DNA of 64,000 bases from a plasmid. Position numbers and translations under genes: made by a program. Positions 59,687-64,000 of the stretch are shown piece by piece. The notes beneath the pieces were generated by a model that saw only the letters and a list, made by a program, of their open reading frames with translations, was not told the DNA's origin and made no database searches. Location: NCBI RefSeq assembly GCF_056712565.1, contig NZ_JBWXXM010000004.1; one strand, 5' to 3'. Position 1 is the first letter of the stretch. Every line of letters begins with the position of its first letter.

Positions 59687-60475
59687 ATGACAGCACAAAA
59701 AACTAAAACCATTCAATACCGCCTACGTAATGGCCAGAGTGTCGAAGTGACCATCAATAATGATGGAGTACCTGGCGAAAAAGTTTCTATCTCTGATCTG
59801 GCTATCGAAAAAACCATCATGTGCCACCTTGGCTTTACTGAAGAAGTGAGCAAAAAGCATGGTGTAGCAATCTGGAGCGCAATGGATACTGGTATGCGCA
59901 AGTTCATTACTGCTCGTACCCCAGGGATGACCATGATGGACCTCATGCAGATTGCGCCGCTGTTTGAATGTGAGCCTTTAGATGTATTCAGCAATCCAGC
60001 TATCTGCCAGCAGTTATATGGTGAGATGAAACTCGCGGTTACCCCCATTGTGCTGCATGAAGGATCGCTTGCTGGCGTGTGGAAAGTAGAGCGTATTTCA
60101 AGCTACATGCCTTTCCATGTCAACGGCGTAATCACTGGTGAAAATCAACCTGTTTCCGTTATAAAGTCAGACCTCAAGCGCGCAATTCTTGAAGCAAGTT
60201 GTCGAGTTGTCGGGCTGGGCAAACAGTCTTATGTTTCCTTCCCGGCTGGCCCTGAAGGCCCGGCAGAAATTCTGATTATGGATGCCGATCTGCTCTGGCA
60301 AATACAGTTTCTGATTGGCAAAAGCATCATCCGCGCTGAAGAACTCGATCAGTACATTACCTGCACGATGACGGATGAAGTCAAAAGTGTGGCTATAGCC
60401 AATGCCCGGAACCTATGTCGTGCTGCATTAACAGAACTGCAAGAAAACACCACGGAAGAAGTGGAAAGCGATTAA
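59687..60475 (+). CDS. Hypothetical protein (P1 hxr position)
   Basis: The ORF is open from 59567. The ATG at 59687 was preferred by eye, so the start is uncertain. Confidence 0.45.
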   Translation: MTAQKTKTIQYRLRNGQSVEVTINNDGVPGEKVSISDLAIEKTIMCHLGFTEEVSKKHGVAIWSAMDTGMRKFITARTPGMTMMDLMQIAPLFECEPLDVFSNPAICQQLYGEMKLAVTPIVLHEGSLAGVWKVERISSYMPFHVNGVITGENQPVSVIKSDLKRAILEASCRVVGLGKQSYVSFPAGPEGPAEILIMDADLLWQIQFLIGKSIIRAEELDQYITCTMTDEVKSVAIANARNLCRAALTELQENTTEEVESD

Positions 60476-60506
60476 AAAAAATCCCGCCGATTGGCGGGAT
60501 TTCTTC
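60474..60506. terminator. Bidirectional terminator
   Basis: AAAATCCCGCC-GATT-GGCGGGATTT with flanking A8 and T runs. Confidence 0.75.
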
Positions 60507-60813
60507 AATATACGATCTGGTCTACATGATCACCAAAATCATCGTCGTCGTCCTCATCGCCACCATCTACTGCTGGCCAATCAACAAACCAGCCAGCGTA
60601 AAGATGCAGCGTTCGGAGAACATCACTTGCGGGAGCATCAAGGGTGTTAACGAATCCCATATAGCTATTGGGATTTGCTCCAGCTATGGCTTCAGCGATC
60701 ATGTCCTCGGTAATGTCACCGGAGATAATGCTTAAACGCCCGGAAACTTCTTCATTATCATCAAATTCGATAATGGCATCTCCGCCTAATGGCGCTGCGA
60801 TTTTAATCTGCAT
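60505..60813 (-). CDS. Acidic small protein at the end of the darA-ddrB operon
   Basis: 102 aa with a GGDEDDDDDFGD tail. It overlaps the ddrB stop. Confidence 0.55.
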   Translation of the reverse strand: MQIKIAAPLGGDAIIEFDDNEEVSGRLSIISGDITEDMIAEAIAGANPNSYMGFVNTLDAPASDVLRTLHLYAGWFVDWPAVDGGDEDDDDDFGDHVDQIVY

Positions 60814-63790
60814 TATTTAGCTCCTTTGCCACACCTAATAACAGTTCCAGCAATCCGTCACCATTCATCAGTGATGCGGCAGCGGCCTCTTTGTCATGAT
60901 ACAACTGAAGAGCCATAGAGAATACTTCCGTTGCTGACGTTTTGGAAATAGTCGGTGATTTCTGCCGAATTTTCCCGGAATTACTCACTGAGGCTGGCGG
61001 GTATACCTTCGCCATATAAATATTACTCAATCGAGATCTGAAGCACCATTCAGGCTTGCCACGCCCACCGATATTAACGAAAGATGGCTTATCCCCTTCA
61101 ACATTGGCCTTCAGGAATGACCGGGCTTTCTCTAACAAACCAGGGTTACTGTACTCAAGATGATGACCCAGCTCGTGCCACAGTGCACTTGCATTTTCAT
61201 CGTTCAAATTGACAGCAACAACACCATTAAGATTTGCATATGCCCTTCCCTGGTGGTGAACCACCTTTGTTAAGGTCGAAATTTTACCGCCGGTCAGGCG
61301 ATAAATATCAGCAAGTTCCTTGCGCAGGTCTATCCCACCATTCTGTCCAGCGCGGGCTTCTTCCACTTCTTCCGTGATAAAAGAGTCGGCCCACTCAAGA
61401 GCTTTTTCTTCAGATACGGATGAGTTGGCGATCGCACTGTTCATGGCAGATAACACTTTCTCGTGGACCGAACCCATACTTCGCTGATTCATTTGCCAGC
61501 GTGTCTGCGGGTTATATGAGAATCGCTTAAGTAGTTGGTCAAGCTGCTCAAGTTCTTCTTCACTGACATACTTTTTAGCCTCACCAATAATGCCAGGGAG
61601 AATATTGCCGTTAGGATTAAACGCTCGCGAAAGGAAGAGTTTCAGCGCCCCCATGCCCTCCGATGCTTCAATATCACCAATAACCCGGTTAACAATGGCC
61701 GCACTCTTCGGATTAGCATCCGCCAACGCTCTGGCTACGATTTGCAGGGACGATACGACCTCACGCTGCATATCCGTCCTGATCTCATCAATAAACTCTG
61801 GCGTTATGCCGTGCTCTTTAAGGATATCCCGGCCTTCCGCCGTTACCCCATCGATATCACCGACATGTTTATTAACACGACTTTGCAATGCCTTAAATGC
61901 CTTCAGAATTCCACGGGCATCATCCGCTTTACTAACGGCCTTCCTGAATGCTGGCAAGAAGTCAGAGTTAACCTCATTTTGTTGATCGGCCCACTGAATG
62001 GAGGCTTCTTTCATCTCGTCCAGAGTCAGATCACCCAACGCGGTATGGTCTGTGAATATGAGCGACAACCTCTGAACCATTTCTGCCAATGGTGATGCCG
62101 AATGCGCCGCGCTAAGGAATGCTTTCACCCTGGTTGGGCGAATGGAAAACCAGTCAATAGCTGGTGGCATATCTCCGTTTTTTATCGCCTGCGCTATCTC
62201 ATCAAAGCCGTCGCGCCCAAGGGAGGATGCGTGATTTAACAATCCGCGAAGTAACGAATTGCTGATACCGAATAATCGGCACCATTTATTCACGTCGGCA
62301 ACAGGCATTCGAACAAAATGCGCAAGCACTTGTACAAGCTGTTCATCCTGGGGATCTGTACGGGAAAGCAGCCTGATCAGATGAATAATGTCTTTGATGC
62401 CGGATGCCCGATGTAATAGCAAGCTGGTATATGGAGCAACACCGTTGTAACTACCGCCGGAAACGGACTCGAAAAGACCGCCGGATATCCCTTGCATGCC
62501 TTCGTTTTCCAGTTCCTGAGACACCTGGCGAAGGATATCCTGTAACGACACATCACCACCGCCAAACATATCCCCCAGCGCCTGGCCCTGGTGCTGTAAC
62601 TCATCATTGATACGTTGAGCCATCAATTTAAAGGCGGTGGCCATACGCTTCGCGCTACGGTTATTCGCGACGATGAACAACGCGAGAGCTTTCACTTCCG
62701 GGGCTGTTTCGCTGAACATATCCCCCTGAGCAATAACATCGGTAATATGTTGGCCTGACTCCTTCGATTGCCTTACCAGGTCTACCGCATCTTTCAATGC
62801 CGCCAGCGCCTTTTTATCGAGACTATCCGCTGTCTCAATACCATCAACAATAGTTGTCACAGCCTGCTTGTGCGCTTCTCCTGATAAAGCCTGCATCTGG
62901 ACAAAATCATTGGCTGCCGCATTAAGCGCCGTCAGAACATTACGCATATCCGGATCAGGTTCTTCTGCAACCATCCTTACCAGGCGCGCATCCTTATATG
63001 CCTTGGCAAAGATCGCGTTTTGTATACGGTCAACAAGTTGCCGCGTTGGTCGCCCATCTTCCGTTACAAGGCCAGCCGCCTGTGTGGCACCAACTTGCGT
63101 CATAAATCCGCGAATAAACGCGTCATTACTGCGGCTAAGCAGATCTCCGCTTTCTGACGGGTTAAAAAGCGCCATCATCGCCGGTGTTATGCTGTCGGCA
63201 TCAACAAAAGCCTTTTCACTGGCTGCCATTTCCTGAAGATCAGAAATATTTGAGTCCTTGGCAAACTGAACGCGGTCAACCTTGGTTAACCGGCGGCGCA
63301 CCAGTACCGGAGCCGTCATTGATTCAACCTTTTCAGGTCGTATGCCGAATTCGGTCGCATGATCAATCAGGTACTCACGATACCGATCCGCATTGCCGTC
63401 CTGATAGGCTTTGATGATCCCCATGGTCCGTCCATTACCTGACTCAACGGCATTGTCCTCACCAATTATCGGCGCACCATGGCTGGATAAACCGGAATCA
63501 GTAAGCTGAGCAGGCCGCAAATCTTTGGATATCTGGTTAACCTGAAGAAGGCTGGATGCGCGGGTCCGGTCGCGCGGCTGAAGTTCCTGGGGATAGTCAG
63601 GATTAATTTTCCCATCCAGAGTATTGGATACCAAAAGAGCTGAGGCATCGACGATATCAAACGCTGTTTTTACCTCGTCTCCCTTCGCTGTCACCACATA
63701 CGAAACCCGCCCATAACCGGGCAGGTTCTTTAGCAGCTCGATCAGCGTTTCTATGCTGGTGGCCATTACCACCTGATCGCTTAAGCTCAT
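60803..63790 (-). CDS. ddrB: DdrB (capsid-packaged antirestriction component) with a Zn-metallopeptidase-like HExxH motif
   Basis: 995 aa. Contains WHELGHHLEY near the C-terminus. Position is as in the P1 hdf-darA-ddrA-ddrB operon. Confidence 0.7.
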   Translation of the reverse strand: MSLSDQVVMATSIETLIELLKNLPGYGRVSYVVTAKGDEVKTAFDIVDASALLVSNTLDGKINPDYPQELQPRDRTRASSLLQVNQISKDLRPAQLTDSGLSSHGAPIIGEDNAVESGNGRTMGIIKAYQDGNADRYREYLIDHATEFGIRPEKVESMTAPVLVRRRLTKVDRVQFAKDSNISDLQEMAASEKAFVDADSITPAMMALFNPSESGDLLSRSNDAFIRGFMTQVGATQAAGLVTEDGRPTRQLVDRIQNAIFAKAYKDARLVRMVAEEPDPDMRNVLTALNAAANDFVQMQALSGEAHKQAVTTIVDGIETADSLDKKALAALKDAVDLVRQSKESGQHITDVIAQGDMFSETAPEVKALALFIVANNRSAKRMATAFKLMAQRINDELQHQGQALGDMFGGGDVSLQDILRQVSQELENEGMQGISGGLFESVSGGSYNGVAPYTSLLLHRASGIKDIIHLIRLLSRTDPQDEQLVQVLAHFVRMPVADVNKWCRLFGISNSLLRGLLNHASSLGRDGFDEIAQAIKNGDMPPAIDWFSIRPTRVKAFLSAAHSASPLAEMVQRLSLIFTDHTALGDLTLDEMKEASIQWADQQNEVNSDFLPAFRKAVSKADDARGILKAFKALQSRVNKHVGDIDGVTAEGRDILKEHGITPEFIDEIRTDMQREVVSSLQIVARALADANPKSAAIVNRVIGDIEASEGMGALKLFLSRAFNPNGNILPGIIGEAKKYVSEEELEQLDQLLKRFSYNPQTRWQMNQRSMGSVHEKVLSAMNSAIANSSVSEEKALEWADSFITEEVEEARAGQNGGIDLRKELADIYRLTGGKISTLTKVVHHQGRAYANLNGVVAVNLNDENASALWHELGHHLEYSNPGLLEKARSFLKANVEGDKPSFVNIGGRGKPEWCFRSRLSNIYMAKVYPPASVSNSGKIRQKSPTISKTSATEVFSMALQLYHDKEAAAASLMNGDGLLELLLGVAKELNNAD

Positions 63791-63802
63791 CCCTGTTACG
63801 CC

Positions 63803-64000
63803 TTATGCTGCCTCTTTAATGTTGGCGGCTATCCATGCCGCCGTGTGCTGTTTAACCTGGTCCAGGTCGATGTATGTGCCAACATATTGACTCAAATCCT
63901 GCAAGGTACCGATAAATGCATCGGTGCTCTGATCGACGAATTTATCAGCCAGGAAATCAGCAACCAGTTTTGGCACACCATCATGTACCGAAGGTTGTTT
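63803..64000 (-). CDS. C-terminal 65 codons of the gene upstream of ddrB (P1 ddrA position); continues past the window end
   Basis: Hand translation of the minus strand is open to the window edge (..KQPSVHDGVPKLVADFLADKFVDQSTDAFIGTLQDLSQYVGTYIDLDQVKQHTAAWIAANIKEAA, then stop). Confidence 0.5.
   Translation of the reverse strand, partial: KQPSVHDGVPKLVADFLADKFVDQSTDAFIGTLQDLSQYVGTYIDLDQVKQHTAAWIAANIKEAA

Overview
The window reads as about 64 kb of a P1-like temperate phage-plasmid of the P1/SJ46 group. All calls were made by eye from the ORF track and the DNA, with no searches run, and P1 comparisons are from memory of the published P1 map.

Gene order is almost fully collinear with P1:
- a late head gene start, parS, parB and parA
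- an iteron replicon, followed by the upf/mlp cluster and hrdC
- dmt, tRNA genes, tciABC and ban-dbn
- a minus-strand baseplate/tail block (P1 genes 5, 6, 24, 7, 25, 26)
- the pmg/ppp/pap block, then hot, humD, phd-doc, pdcAB and lpa
- pacA (containing the pac site) and pacB
- c1-coi immunity, loxP-cre, cra, ref and mat
- lxc-ulx-darB, prt-pro, lyz, ssb and ddrB

The interesting parts are where this element departs from P1:
1. A single-gene RelA/SpoT-homologue (CapRel-type fused toxin-antitoxin) lies between mat and lxc, where P1 carries EcoP1I res/mod.
2. About 1.2 kb next to the tRNA genes has no credible ORF. It holds five paralogous long-stem elements whose stems differ by compensatory base-pair changes. 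One of them contains D-arm-like and T-arm-like hairpins.
3. A C1-operator-controlled promoter is followed by a short structured leader or sRNA ending in a UUCG-loop terminator.
4. The replicon has P1 architecture but different iterons. A T5orf172/GIY-YIG-like gene is wedged between the incA-like array and the par promoter.
5. pacA appears to carry a 1-nt frameshift.
6. An accessory island of about 6 kb (28.5-35.3 kb) contains Ead/Ea22-like paralogues, a PD-(D/E)xK nuclease pair, small membrane and basic proteins, and an ORF split at an A7 tract.

About 14 copies of the C1 operator motif and five copies of a late-promoter-like box are scattered through the window. I found no CRISPR array, rRNA or IS element.
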